64,000 bases of DNA from Eledone cirrhosa (Eukaryota). The notes under the pieces are model-generated. The model had not been told where the DNA came from and did no database searches. It saw only the letters and a program-made list of their open reading frames with translations. Where the stretch lies: positions 86,242,001 through 86,306,000 of the forward strand of contig OZ024745.1 of the NCBI GenBank assembly GCA_964016885.1, written 5' to 3'. The first letter of the stretch is position 1. Every line of letters starts with the position of its first letter. Below, in pieces: positions 1 to 13,300 of this stretch. The position numbers and the translations under genes are program-made.

Positions 1-610
1 TGATAAATTCCGACCTCACACGCTTACACCTCTCCAAGACAATGTCACTGGACCGAGACCTTTGGCGGTACTCAGTAATAGAGAAGACCCGCCTTACCTA
101 AATACAAAGTAAAAACCTACTACAGTCAGTAGGCATCTCTATCAAAACACACCCCCGTCCCACCACCTCCACCCCACCCACACCGCCCCTTTCAATGAAA
201 AGTTATGTTGGTCCCACAACATCCAGACCGAAACAAATCAGATCGTGTAGGTGTCACGACAAAAAACACACAGTCCACGCTGTAAATGTGGCCGTGTAGG
301 CAACACGGTAAAAACCTCCCAGTCCCACACTGTAAATGTGGTTGGTGTTAGGAAGGGCATCCAGCTGTAGAAAACCCGCCAGACAGTCCACGCTGTAATG
401 TGGCCGTGTAGGCAACACGGTAAAAACCTCCCAGCCCCACACTGTAAATGTGGTTGGTGTTAGGAAGGGCATCCGACTGTAGAAAACCCGCCAGACAGTC
501 CTATGCGAGCAAGACAACCACTCTTGCCTCAAGTGGGAAAACCCCCGTCCAAACCCATGCAAGCGTGGAACACGGACGCTAAACCTGATGATGATGATGA
601 TGATGATGAT
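1..610 (+). mobile_element. 3' end of an RTE-clade LINE with a composite 3' region and (GAT)n tail
   Basis: 1-100 encodes ..INSDLTRLHLSKTMSLDRDLWRYSVIEKTRLT*; then a duplicated ~119-bp module with GTTAGGAAGGGCATCC; ends CCATGCAAGCGTGGAA..GGACG..(TGA)n. Confidence 0.75.
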
Positions 611-1032
611 TAAGTTAGACATGGCTTGAGCCAATACTGGCCGAGACCTATGAAAGTTATATATTAATGATTTGTACTCAATCCATACCAGCATGGGAAA
701 AATAAACATTAAATGATGATGATGATGATTGCTACATGGTCCACACTAGTATATTTTCAGTAGTTTTAGTAACAATATTTCTGAATGTAAATTTAACAGA
801 GATGCTTTTTGTCATATGATAAAACTAATTTTCTAAATTCTCAGTAGCCTTCTTTCATTGATTCTGTCACATGTTAACAAAAGATGTATCAATGGTGCTT
901 GGTAGTAAAAGTAGAAAAATGCTTTTAGAAATGTTATTCTATCGAAATAGTATATTTTTAGCAAGTCTTTCTTTACATACTGTATTTGACTGGAAATACA
1001 GCACAGTATTTGAATGTCAGTCTAAATGTGAA

Positions 1033-1826
1033 GAATTTGGTTTTTTGCTCTAACACAGTGGATACGTAAATGCACTCATGAGTTTTATATCAAATAATTA
1101 TATTCGATTCATTTGCAAGCAAACAGCCTCATTAGGATATGTGTTTTAGATGAATATCATCATCCTTTTGTTCTAACATTGACACAGAGAAACAATCGAG
1201 AAGAGAGATGCACAAACTTGACAAAGGGCAATAACCCAGAAACAATATTGTAAATTGTTTCTCTCTGTCACCGTTAGAACGAAAGGATGACGATGGTCAT
1301 CTAAAAAAACAGCATAATGAGGCTGTTCGATTGCAAATGAGTCGAATATCCTTATTATTTGATATAAAACTTACGAATGCATTTATGTATCTATGTCAAT
1401 GTAAAGTTATGTTGGTGCCACAACACCCAGGCCGAAACAAATGAGATCGTGTAGGTGTCACGACAAAAAAAACACACAGTCCACGCTGTAATGAGGCCGT
1501 GTAGGCAACACGGTAAAAACCTCCCAGCCCCACACTGTAAATGTGGTTGGTGTTAGGAAGGGCATCCAGCTGTAGAAAACCCGCCAGACAGTCCACGCTG
1601 TAATGTGGCCGTGTAGGCAACACGGTAAAAACCTCCCAGCCCCACACTGTAAATGTGGTTGGTGTTAGGAAGGGCATCCAGCTGTAGAAAACCCGCCAGA
1701 CAGTCCTATGCGAGCAAGACAATCACTCTTGCCTCAAGTGGGAAAACCCCCGTCCAGACCCATGCAAGCGTGGAACACGGACGTTAAACGTTGATGATGA
1801 TGATGTTAGAGCGAAAAACAAAATTG
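1033..1826. mobile_element. Foldback/MITE with ~160-bp inverted arms, interrupted by a retro-element insertion
   Basis: 1033-1196 is the reverse complement of 1254-1395 plus 1805-1826. Confidence 0.7.
1396..1805 (+). mobile_element. Non-autonomous RTE-derived retroelement, near-identical to 193-610
   Basis: Same duplicated GGAAGGGCATCC module and (GAT)n tail. Confidence 0.8.
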
Positions 1827-3197
1827 TAATTTTGAAAAAAAACATATGTAAGGAATTTAATTAGACTCGAAATAGAACACAGTAATTGAATATCTGTCTA
1901 AATGTGAAGGATTGAGTTATTTTCATAATTCTAAAACTGTTCCATATTTCCTTTATGTACCTGCTAGTCAGGCTTGGCTTTCATAAATTACTGACAATAT
2001 TAGATTTGCATTTTTAAAATGTTAGAAAGCATGATGGCGGAAAGATTAAACTGGGAGGGAGGGAGTGGTTATTGATCACATAGGGACAAGTTTGATTCAT
2101 TGTTGTTGTTTAATTTTTGTTATTTAACTCCAACTAGAATGCTTTGATAATAGGTTGCTCAATTAACTGCTTTAGTTGAGCAGACCAATTAGCAAAGCAT
2201 TCTAGCCGTGACCATCCCGTCCTTATTTCAGGCTTAATGTATCCAGGACTACATTATCAAATCTGATTAGGATGGACTTTGGCTCTTATTTCTGGAAGAT
2301 TAACTGACTATGTAGAGGCTTAGCTTTTGTTGTCTTTCTCAATATCAGCACTGATGAAACATACTTAAGCCATGACTATCCTGCAGTTTCTTAGATATTA
2401 TATATCCAATATGTCCTTGTTTTTTACTGGTAGGGTGTGATTTTTCTAGCTGGTCAAGTAACCATATAGAAGCCTCCTAGTTTTGATCACCAAGAATAGC
2501 AATTCTGCTTTCATCAGTTGAGTGAAAAACTGACATCAAGGTTGTCATGAACTTAATTTTTACTATAACTATCCTGCTTTATTTCTAAGCAAGATCTTTC
2601 TCTCTTGACATATTTCTCAGTTAAGTGGTTAGTTGTAGAAATTAAAATCACTTTATGTGAATACCCAAATTTATGATGCCATCCTCTTTTGAGTGCTTGC
2701 AAAAATGAAGCCTGCTGTAATAGTTGGGTGTTTAATATGCTGGGTTATTTATTGACCAAATAAGGTACATAGATTTCTTTAGGTTTATCTAAAAAGAGAT
2801 TTCTACTTCTCTGAGCAGACAGTCTCAAATTTTAAGTTTTTAAATATATTAATGATGGACTAACATGATCATTTGAATATGAACCCATAAGTAGTCATTT
2901 TGTTTTTCACTAAGTCTTAAAGATGCTAATATCTTTGAATAATGCAAACCAGTTCATGGCAATGGAAGAAAAATTCTATGAATTTTCTCAATTGAAAGAC
3001 TTCTAAATAAATGCTGTTATACACTTGGAAGAAAAGCTGTTCTTTTGACTCTACTAAATAATAATCCATTGTTCCATAAGCTTAGCCATTATTGGTTCCT
3101 TATATTCAGGTTCCTGATATTTCTCAGAATATACTCATCATCTGATTCTTACTGTCACCAAACTCTTCAATGTCTTTCTCTATCTAATCAATACATA

Positions 3198-3690
3198 TGA
3201 TGCTGTATCGCACTCACAAGAAAATTGGCACTTGCATGGTTGTCCCACTCACCAGAAAACTGACACTCGGGTGGTGTCTCCTACTCATCAGAAAAGTGAC
3301 ACTCAAGTATTGCGTCCCACTCACGAGAAAAGAGAAACTCCTATGCTGTGTCCCACTTGCGAGAAAAGTGTCACTCCTGTGTCCCACTTGCGAGAAAAGT
3401 GTCACTCCTGTGTCCCACTTGCGAGAAAAGTGTCACTCCTGTGTCCCACTTGCGAGAAAAGTGTCACTCCTGTGATGTGTCCTACTCACAAGAAAAGCAG
3501 CACTCATGAGGTGCTTCCTACTCATGAAAAGCTGCACTCCTGTTGTGTGTCCCACTCATGAAAAGCTGCACTCCTGTTGTGTGTCCCACTCACCAGAAAA
3601 GCTGCACTCCTGTTGTATGTCCCACTCACCAGAAAAGCAGCACTCATGTGGTGTCTCCCACTCACCAGAAAAGCGACACTCCTGGCTTTA
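3198..3690. repeat. Minisatellite, 31-36-bp unit (GTGTCCCACTTGCGAGAAAAGTGTCACTCCT core), about 14 copies
   Basis: GAGAAAAGTG recurs at 3361, 3392, 3423, 3454 (period 31); flanking units about 36 bp. Confidence 0.9.
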
Positions 3691-4185
3691 CTGACTACTG
3701 ATCTATTGCTGCGTTCACTTCCAACATTTCAAGAGATGAAAAAGGTTGTAAATGGTAATCTTCATCATCTCTCCTTAACCATTAGTAGGAATTCCATTCA
3801 CACAGCTGGATCAACTGGAGATTTGTGCTGAGATACTCAATCCATCTTTTGGTTTTGATGATTCTTGTCAGATACTTTCACTGCAGCATCAATTGACAAG
3901 ACTAACTCAATCCATATTCTCTTAGACATTGGGTGCCTCAAGGGTCAGTCCTTATTACATCTTACTTTTAACCATTATAATTGGATTTGGGTCATACAGT
4001 TTTGGTTATTTTAATTACAATTTCAGTTTGTGTGTGCTACGATAATTGCTTATTATCTAAAGAAAAATTTTTTTTTTTTTTTTTAATTTAATTATTTCTA
4101 CACTTTCTTTTTTTTTTACTAAATTATTATTTTTTTTTTTTTAGAATCACTTTTATTTCTGATTACATATTTTATTTCTTTAAAG

Positions 4186-4197
4186 GTGCTAAAACAG
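4186..4197 (+). CDS. MYOF: Candidate 12-nt phase-1 micro-exon of the ferlin gene (G-A-K-T)
   Basis: Long T-rich tract, CTGAT branch-like motif, AAG|GTGCTAAAACAG|GTAACT; length is a multiple of 3 and phase is compatible with exon 10213. Confidence 0.5.
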
Positions 4198-4508
4198 GTA
4201 ACTCTTCCCACATATCTGCTTCTTTATCTGTTGATGAATCAGTCAAGTGATCTAGTTTATTTTGTCTTTTTTTATTTTGTTTTCATCCGTCTATTCTCTC
4301 TCTCTCATGCTGTGCCCCTTCCTAGTCATGCTCCCAGTCTGTTTATTCCACTCTACCTGCTTTATCTGTCTTTGTTTCTCTCCCATGAAATATATGTGCC
4401 CTTTCTCTCCCTCCCTCTGCTCGCCTGCTTATCCATTTATACCTATATTTCTTGTATGTATATGTATGTGTGTGTGCGTGTATCTCTCTCTCTATATATA
4501 TATATATA

Positions 4509-4765
4509 GTTTAGGTATTGTAACGTCAAGTTACTGTAGGTTCACCCAAGTGATCACTCAATGCATAGTCTGCATTAGGTATTTTGGTGTTGTACTAAGC
4601 CGGGTGTAATAATAATAGTATGGACAAGGTTTTAAATTTTCATTACATTGGAATCAGTCAGGCCCAATCGATACAGATCGAATCTTGAGCTGATCAATCG
4701 TGAAACGTACGTCACACCTCAATAAATGTAATGAAAATTTAACACCTCATCCATACTATTATTTT
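4509..4765. mobile_element. Probable Penelope-type non-coding remnant with inverted repeat, next to (TA)n
   Basis: ~38-bp inverted repeat 4611-4648/4725-4764; GAAAC-GTAC-GTC followed by AATAAA. Confidence 0.45.
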
Positions 4766-5657
4766 TCAGTAGAGAGTAAGACGTCATGCTTTGCAGCATA
4801 GTTACGTCCCTTTGCGGTTCGAGATCAAATCCTGCCATGGTTAACTTTGCCTTTCCTCCTTTCGGGGTCGATAAAATAAAGCACCAGTAATGCATTGGGG
4901 TAATTGCTGGCCTTGTGCAAAAAGTAGAAACAATTATTATTATTATATATATGTATGTGTGTGTGGCTTACAATTGTGACCTTGTGAGTTCAATTCAGAA
5001 ATAGCTATGAAATCTCTTAAATCACACTTTACGATCTTACAAAAGACTCATTGGATAGTCTGGTCTGAGTTTGACTGCATCTCAGAAAACAGTCCCTTAC
5101 TTACACACTCATTTAGCCCTTTGTATTCAGTAAAAGTAAAACATTATAACAATTGTAATGATATAGAGCTGGCCTGATGTTTCAACCATCTGTTCATGGC
5201 TGATGAATATTAAGCAGAAATCTTCCCTGTCATTAATATTTCTTTGACATTGAAGGGAGGGAGAGAATCCAAAATAACAAAAATCTGAAGATAATATCAT
5301 TTAAAATGTCTTAGTGATTTACTTTGTATCAACATCTTATGTATGTGTGTGGTGTGTGTGTGTAATGAAGACGTACAATATGTTTATGTACAATGAGCAC
5401 ATGACTCTTACTATGATTGTTTTAGCTGTGATCAGGTCACAGCTACCCCAGTAACCTATTTTGAACCACACTATGTTAGTGCTACTTCTTTATATATATG
5501 AGAGAGAGAGAGAGATTGTTTTGAAAACAGCGAGAGAAGTTTGAAATTTAGTAGAAATACCTTTTGCCATATTTTGACTAAAGAAATTTAGCCTGATAGT
5601 GGGGGTTTAAAACCCTATAAATTGGTAAAGGATGAGTATTGATATATGTGTGTATGC

Positions 5658-5695
<38 letters not shown>

Positions 5696-6788
5696 CAAGA
5701 TTACCCTCTGTTGCTATCCTGAGTTTTATTGATTGATGCTGATAACGCAATTAGAAATAATTTTTACACAACACTGTATATATGGCAAATATAATAAATG
5801 TAGCTAATATTATAATAAACTAGAAAAGACTGAAATTTTTATTTTAAAATTCAATTTTTTAGAAAAAAGATGTTAAGATATTCTGAAAAAGAAAATATAC
5901 TATATTCATACTCCCACCTACTTAATCATACCTACTCAAAACTATACATATCTATACCTACATACACAATGCACACAGACATATATACTCTCATGCTTAT
6001 ATATTAGTTATATACACACACGCACCTGGTCTTTCCAATTACGAATACTATCTATCGGAGCAAAGTGAAATAAAGTGTCTTGCCCATGGAAATAACACAT
6101 CGCCCGGTCCGGAAATCGAACTCACAACCTCACGATTGTGAATCCAATTCTCTAACCTCTCAGCCATGTGCCTCACACCAACACAATGAATAAAATTAAT
6201 GTATAAAAGGTAGACTGAAAAAGACCTGGTCAGAGGTGGTAAGAGTTGACCTGAAATTGCTGAGACTCAGAGAAGATAACAAAGATGCAGTGAGTGGAGA
6301 GATGCTGTGCTGAGAAGGACTTGTCCAACCCATGCAAGCATGGAAAAAAGACGTAAAAACGATGATGGTGAATACAGTGACCAGGGTTCGACTCTTCATG
6401 CTGACTTTAAAATGAAAATAGAAATAGATGTAGGTTATAATACAAACAGGCAAGATTCTTACTCATTAGAAACTCTTACAGACATCCCAGAAACAATTAT
6501 ACATTAGTTTATAATATACAACTTTATACATTTCACATTACAAACACTGATTTTCTTGAACATAAGTCACTCTGATGTAACTGCCACAAATATACATGGA
6601 CTTATAAGGAACATATTCTCTAAGATGTTGAACACTTTTCCTAGTTTTTGTAAACCCAAACATACAGGTATGTATGTATGTGTGTGTATTCTAAAATCTC
6701 TTTTTATGACAGGCTGAATAAGTTTGGTTAAACAACCCAACGAAACATTTGTACCTGTACATGTCACTGTTGTAACTAATTATGTATA

Positions 6789-7104
6789 CAGTTGTTCCTA
6801 TAGCACTTGCGAATATTGGACATGCTGCATAAAAATGCCTATAAATGTCAAAATATAATGTAAAATATAATTTTAAAAAAGAGTGTCTTATGCAAAAAGG
6901 CATCCAATAGACTGACAAATACCGTATATTGTTATTAATTTATCGTTAAAAGAATATATATTGCCATGAAAAAAGCCATTAAAAAAAATTGCGGAAGATA
7001 TTTATGATTCCGTGAATATGCAGTGGTTTCCACAAACAATTATTAGTTTGGTTCTAAGGAAAATTCTGTGAATAACCGGAACTGCAAATGTTGGGAGTAC
7101 ACTG
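6789..7104. mobile_element. Tc1/mariner-pogo (Tigger-like) MITE, degenerate
   Basis: TA|CAGT...ACTG|TA ends; internal similarity to 39229-39526. Confidence 0.6.
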
Positions 7105-9634
7105 TATATATATTCGTCAATTCCTCTCTTTCTCTTCTGTCTCTGTTTATTCAATTCCCTAATTCCTGAGTTCCTCTTTACAAATGTCTAATAAATCTTA
7201 CATATTTCACAGCACGACGCAGGCCCGTTAAATCAAATCTGGATGCTTTTTTCCTCTGTTATCCAAGACAAAGGCATTTCCATATGCCAGAATGTTCTTA
7301 CTGATTAAAATTCTTTCTATTGTTTTGTATTTTATCTTTGTGTGTGAGTGAGTGCAGTCATGTATGCATGTGGCAATAAACTTTTGATTAAATTTTCAGA
7401 AATTTCGATATTTGACCTTCTTTTAAATGATCTATCTATGTAAATACACACACACACATTGATTTTTCTTTCTTTTTTTTTTTTATCTGAAAAATAACTT
7501 TTCAAATGTGTTTTGGATTAATATTTTTAATGCCAAATTGATGTTCAGCATATGATTTTGGCATATCTCTTTACCTATTTCTGAATCTATTGTCATGTTT
7601 TGTGTATTTGTGTTTATATTTCAGTGATCTTGTTTCCAATTATTCATCTCCACTTTTGTAACAGATGTCACTGACAAAAAACAAAAATCAATGACATTTA
7701 TATCAAATTACTTAGATAACTTGTTTATAAAACTGTCACTAAATTTTCCCCTATTGTTGCTAAGCAGAATATCATGTTTATATAAAATGTGTAAACAGTT
7801 TTATTTATTAAATGCTGTTGTTGTAGTCATCATGATTTGAGCCTAAGCTCCATTTGGAATACTTTATCATTGATTCCTTTTGAAAAAGACATAGGCATCA
7901 CCATTTCTTATATTGAGATAGAAGTGTGTGTAAGATGAAAATCATTAATTAACAGTAGCCATGGAACTGTGATGTTTTTGATGAACTTAATTAAGGCGGC
8001 GAATTGGCAGTCGTTAAGACGTTGGATAGAATGCTTTATGGTATTCGTCCCACCTCATTGCGTGCTCTGAGTTCAAATACCACCGGAATCAACTTTGCTT
8101 TTTATTCTTTCAAGGTCGATAAAAAAAAAACGTACCAGTCCAGTACTAGGCTCGATTCTTCCTGAATAGAAAAAAATGGCTGTTTTCAGAACTGGAGAGG
8201 GTTGGGCTCTGCCAGGTTTAAAAGTGCCCTAGACACATTGTTTAATGGTGTTCTACAGCTCCACAAGGAGTTATGGGATCTTTATTTTAATAATCTGGAA
8301 TTAATTATTTCATATTAAATGCTTCAAATTTTATTATTATTATTGTGTGTGTGTGTGTGTGTGTGTGTGACAGCTCATACTTATGCAGGTTTAGCTGGCC
8401 TCATCCAAGGTATATCTCGTTGGAGGTATCTTGGGTAATTTAATGATAGGGACCCCAGTCTTATCATCTCATTTCTACAGCTGAGTAAACTGGAGCAATA
8501 TGAAATAAAGTGTCTTGCTGAAGGAAACAACACATCACCTGGTCCGAGAATTGAACTCACAGCCTTTCGATTGCCCAATGATCTAACCACTAAGCCATGC
8601 GCCTTCACAATATATATATATATAATATTTCTACCCTCCAATCACATGTTCAGTCAAATATTAAAAGAAAAACCAAACAAAAACAAGTTAGCAGTTAAAA
8701 TTTAATTCCCATATCTTTTTTTTTTCCAGTATATTTCATTATCCTGTTATTCTCAGCTTAAAATATGTTTTGGTTTGTTTAGAGCTGAATTTTGAGCTGC
8801 TTTTCTCAGCCAAGTTAACAAGTTTTAAAAAAAATATTGATTCTTTATAGTTGGCAAGATAGATGTAAATTTTAACTAAATGCTTAACATTCTAACCATG
8901 CTTGCTTGTTTGTTTGCATTTAGCTTCTGTAATATTTTTTTGCCCACGTTTCAATTTGCTTTCATAATGAACCCACCCTTCCCCTTACCTTTTTAAATTG
9001 AACTAAACATTTTTCATATATGTTCTATTTTTATTTCTCAGTCAAAATTATTTATGTGAAGACCATATTTAGGAATACTTTATCATTAATTCCTTTTGAA
9101 AAAGGCATAGGCATCACAATTTCTTACATTGAGAATAATTTGCATTTTAATAATATTTAAGATTTAGAAACCTAACTTTAATGCAGAATTAATGAGTTCT
9201 GTATAATAGCAAACAAATTAAAATTCTTTAAGCAAAGAGCAAGAATTTGCCATATTTTGTGTATTCTAAAAGCTTAGTATTTTATAAATTGTTGTAGTGC
9301 ACCTGAGCACTGAACACAATAATTTCATTATTATTATTAACATACAATTTTACTATAGTTTTTTATGCCTTTTTCTATTGTGTAGTCAACTCTAGTGATT
9401 CATATTATGTTGTTCTAAATAGGTTTAATGTCTATTATTAGAATATAATACACATTAATTAAGTCAGGACTGGTTTTAACTTTCAGTAAAAAATATAATT
9501 TCATCTTAGAAAGCCATAAACATCTATCAGTATGATCAGCTTCTCTTATAAAATATAAGGCTTTGTGTCTATATCATTACATAGTTTATATATGTATGTA
9601 TATGTATATATAATAAAATGAAAAATAACCAGGA

Positions 9635-9852
9635 TTAACCCTTTAGCATTTACATTACTCTATATATACTATTGTATTTTCATGGTAAACACTTTATCTC
9701 ACATAATATCAAATCTATGAGATTTTGATATTATTTATTTTGAGAACAATACCTTAACATAAGTATGAGCAGCCAATTATGGCCAGTTTGAACAAAAAAG
9801 AAGTGAGAGAATTCTGGCCAGATACAGCCAGTTTTAAATGCTAAAGGATTAA
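9635..9852. mobile_element. piggyBac-type MITE (TTAA TSD, CCCTTTAGCATTTA TIR); family copies also near 10360-10590, 24394-24653, 42063-42265, 46702-46917, 56067-56270
   Basis: TTAA-CCCTTTAGCATTTA ... TAAATGCTAAAGG(G/A)-TTAA with shared internal sequence. Confidence 0.8.
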
Positions 9853-10212
9853 ATTACATTAAATTATTTAATTGCTTTACAAACGTTTTTCTTTCCTCTG
9901 TACTGATTTCCTCAGAATCTATTAAACAACATAAATAACATAATTGTTTTTACCAGCAATATTTCTAGTCACTGATAAAAGTCATGAACATATAACAATA
10001 TAATATCTATGTAATTTTTTTTCCTTCCAAACCTAAGACCTTGTTTACATGTAAAAAAACAACCAGTAATATAAATATTTTTTATGAGCTTAATCTCTGT
10101 TAATATTCATAGTTAATTTAATAAATAATTATTTAATAAATAGGTAAATTCTACATTCAATAATCATGCTTAATAAATAGAACAGTTTTAACAATGTTAA
10201 TTGTTTCTCTAG

Positions 10213-10313
10213 GATTCCTTCCAACATTTGGCCCATGCTTTATAAATTTCTATGGTTCTACAAGGGAATATTCTGACTTGCCTGATGAATTTGATGATCT
10301 GAATATTGGCAAA
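10213..10313 (+). CDS. MYOF: Ferlin exon (C2C end): [34 protein letters not shown]
   Basis: ctag|GA...AAA|gtatgc; hallmark ferlin motif. Confidence 0.95.
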
Positions 10314-13300
10314 GTATGCAATTTTTCATTTTATTTTTGTATCTAATTTCTGATGTTAGTTAAACCTTTACCATTTACATTACATTATATATACTATTGT
10401 ATTTTTGTGGTAAAGGCTTTATCTTACAGAATTATCTCACATAATTTCAAATCTATGAAATTTTGATGTTATTTATTTTGAGAAATACCTTCCTTAACAT
10501 CAGTATAAGCAGCTGGTTACAGCCAGTTTGAACAGAAAGAGGTGAGAGAATTCTGGCCGGATATGGCTGATTTAAATGCTAAAGAGTTAAGTTAATTAAT
10601 CTTGGAAAAGTTATGATCATTCCATGTTCTGCCAAGCTATAAAACTGATACTTGCTACTAATCTTCAGTTCTAAATATTCCATATGAAAAATGGTAAAAA
10701 CTACTGGTTGATAAAAGCTTAAACAGGTCAGCAAGTATTTACTGGTTTTTAATCTACTAGAATTTTTTTCCATATGCTGACACGTATGTGTATATGTGTG
10801 CGTGTGCATACATTTATATGTATGAGTACATAAATATAAACGCGCAAACGCAGACACACACATGCATACATTCACACACACACACACACACATGCATTCA
10901 CACAAACACATACTCACACACAGCATAGTTTTTTCACCATCCTCTTCCTTCCTTTTTACACATATACATTCCCTCAGAAAGCAGACATAAAGAGGAGTAG
11001 TATGAGGTAGTCAAACTACTCCTCTCTCTTTACGTCTTGTGACAGAATCACAGAAATTTATATATAGATATCTCTATATACTAGTAAATGTGGTTGGCAT
11101 GTTAGGAAGGGCATCCAACCTTAGAAACTAAGCCAAAATCAGTTCTGTATGAGCAAGACACGGTCATCTGACCTGGCTTGTCTCACAATGGGACAACTCG
11201 TCTAACCCATGCCAATGTGGAAAATGGACATTAAACAGTGATGATGATGATTCCATATACCTAGTTGTTGTTACTCTTTAAAAAAATGTCAAGCATAGTA
11301 CTGGCAACTGTATTTTCACAAAGAGATCTTTTATTAGGTATGTGTAATTTCATTAAATAGAACTTCAATGATAAAATACTATTTAGAAATAACTGACTTT
11401 CTACTTGAAGTATTCTATTGAATGTAACCAAGAACTATTGCAATGGAATGGTCAACTTTTGGGATTGACTGTAGTACTCTAAAACTAAGGCAAATATTAC
11501 TTCCCTCTGCTGGTAACCAAACTGACAAAAGCTTACTGCATATTCAAATTCTTAGCTTATTTTATAGTTATAATTCTGTCGATATGACTGTAATGTTATA
11601 GAAAAAATGTATTAATTGGATTATTCTCCAGTTAATACACACTCAATGTATTTGTCATTAATATTCACCATTTAAAGGCGGTAGATTTGCAGTATCGGTA
11701 GAGCGTCTGACAACAGTGAGATGTAGCATACAGTTATGGTTCTTTGTTCTGAGTTCAAATCCTGCTGAGATTAGCTTTACCTTTCATCCTTACCGAGTCA
11801 ATAAACTAAAGTACCAGTAATGCACTGGTTCAGTTTAATAAATTTTCCCTTTCCCCAAAAAATTGTTGGCCTTGTGCCTAAATCAGAAACCATTATTATT
11901 AACCATTTATCTAGACAGTGTCTTAGCATTAATGCATAGTACATCTGCAGATTTGATAGGTAAAAGCCTTATTAACCCACAAGTCAAAAGATCATTTAGT
12001 TCCAAATGTTCACCAGCTATTTATGTTCAGGTTTTAACTTTCAGGAGAAATCAATATGAAAGGTTATTTTCTGTGGTATGTAGTATAATGTTCCATGGTC
12101 ACAACATAGCTAAATGGTGAAGAGGTTTACTTGGCAATCATGAGGTTCTAGGTTCAATCCCACTGCTTGGCATCTTCAGCAAATGTTAGTGAGATTGGAT
12201 AGAAACTGTTTGGGAGCCTGACTGATTGGCTGCACCTGTAATTAAAATGACCAGTCTGAATTTTCCTAAGAATTGTAAGAGCCTGACAGATGGGCTGCAC
12301 CTGTAATTAAAATGACCAGCCTGAATCTTCCTAAGAATTGTTAAGGTTACATATTTCAGTGGAATACTCAGCCATTTATACATTAAGTTATCTCTTAACA
12401 TCCCATGCCACATAATACTGCTTTAATAAGACATTCCTGAAAAGTATAAAATACTCTGACTGCATCACATTAAAAATTAGTCTTTACTCCTGTTCTACAC
12501 ATTTTCACAACAATTTTTCCACTAATAAAGATACTATAAACATTTGAATGATCAAATCCATTTTCAATATCTACTGCTAAATCACTACATGTTACTGAAA
12601 GTTAATGAGGAAGCTATTCTATGGCTCAAACAACTGAAAGACTCTTTGTTGAAACTGATGGAAGTCCATTTACTTTTGTAGATTTACTTTAGGTTGAATG
12701 TGAACCTTCATGATAGTGTAGAACTATTTTCTTCTAAAATTATTTCATATGAATTTTCTTATTTCAGGGAGAAGGTGTTGCCTATCGAGGTAGGGCTCTG
12801 TTGGAATTGAAAACTATTCTAGGAGAGTTACCTGAACTTGCTGTTACTGATATATCAAGTGATGACCTCTTGAAAGTGCAGGTTAATAAAAAAAAAAATG
12901 TTTTTCTTTCTTCTACATTAATTTTTTTCAATAAGAATAACTTATCATTATTGAAGATTCAAAACAGCCCCTTTAGAATCGTTAGTCAGAAGCCCTCTGA
13001 TTTTATTAGCTATCCCCTATCACTAGTATTTGTTTTATGTATTACAAACTGTCTGAATCTACAGTCATTTTGTTGATATATATTAATAGTCCCAGAGCAA
13101 GTGCTTGTCAAATAAGAAATCAGACCTGAGAGATACTTACATGAAAATCAAAAACTGAGATATTTTTAACCCTCTAAATTCGGGAGTCATCAACAAGCAA
13201 TTCTGAATACCATCCTATTCTTTTTTTTTTTTATTATAAAAAATTTAATTTAAAGATAATAATTTCTACAATATTTTGCTGCCATAATGGCCTACTCAAA

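Noticed and set aside
3198-3690. CRISPR-like array, or Cys-rich ORFs (CPTCEK repeats)
   Set aside because: Contiguous tandem units with no unique spacers, in a eukaryotic intron; the ORFs are just translations of the minisatellite.
7213-7273. Possible extra ferlin exon (ARRRPVKSNL...) after a good acceptor
   Set aside because: No GT donor at a frame-preserving position; reading on reaches TGA.
11003-11011. let-7-like TGAGGTAGT in a hairpin
   Set aside because: Only 9 nt match, located in the loop of a multicopy repeat, with no let-7 precursor structure.
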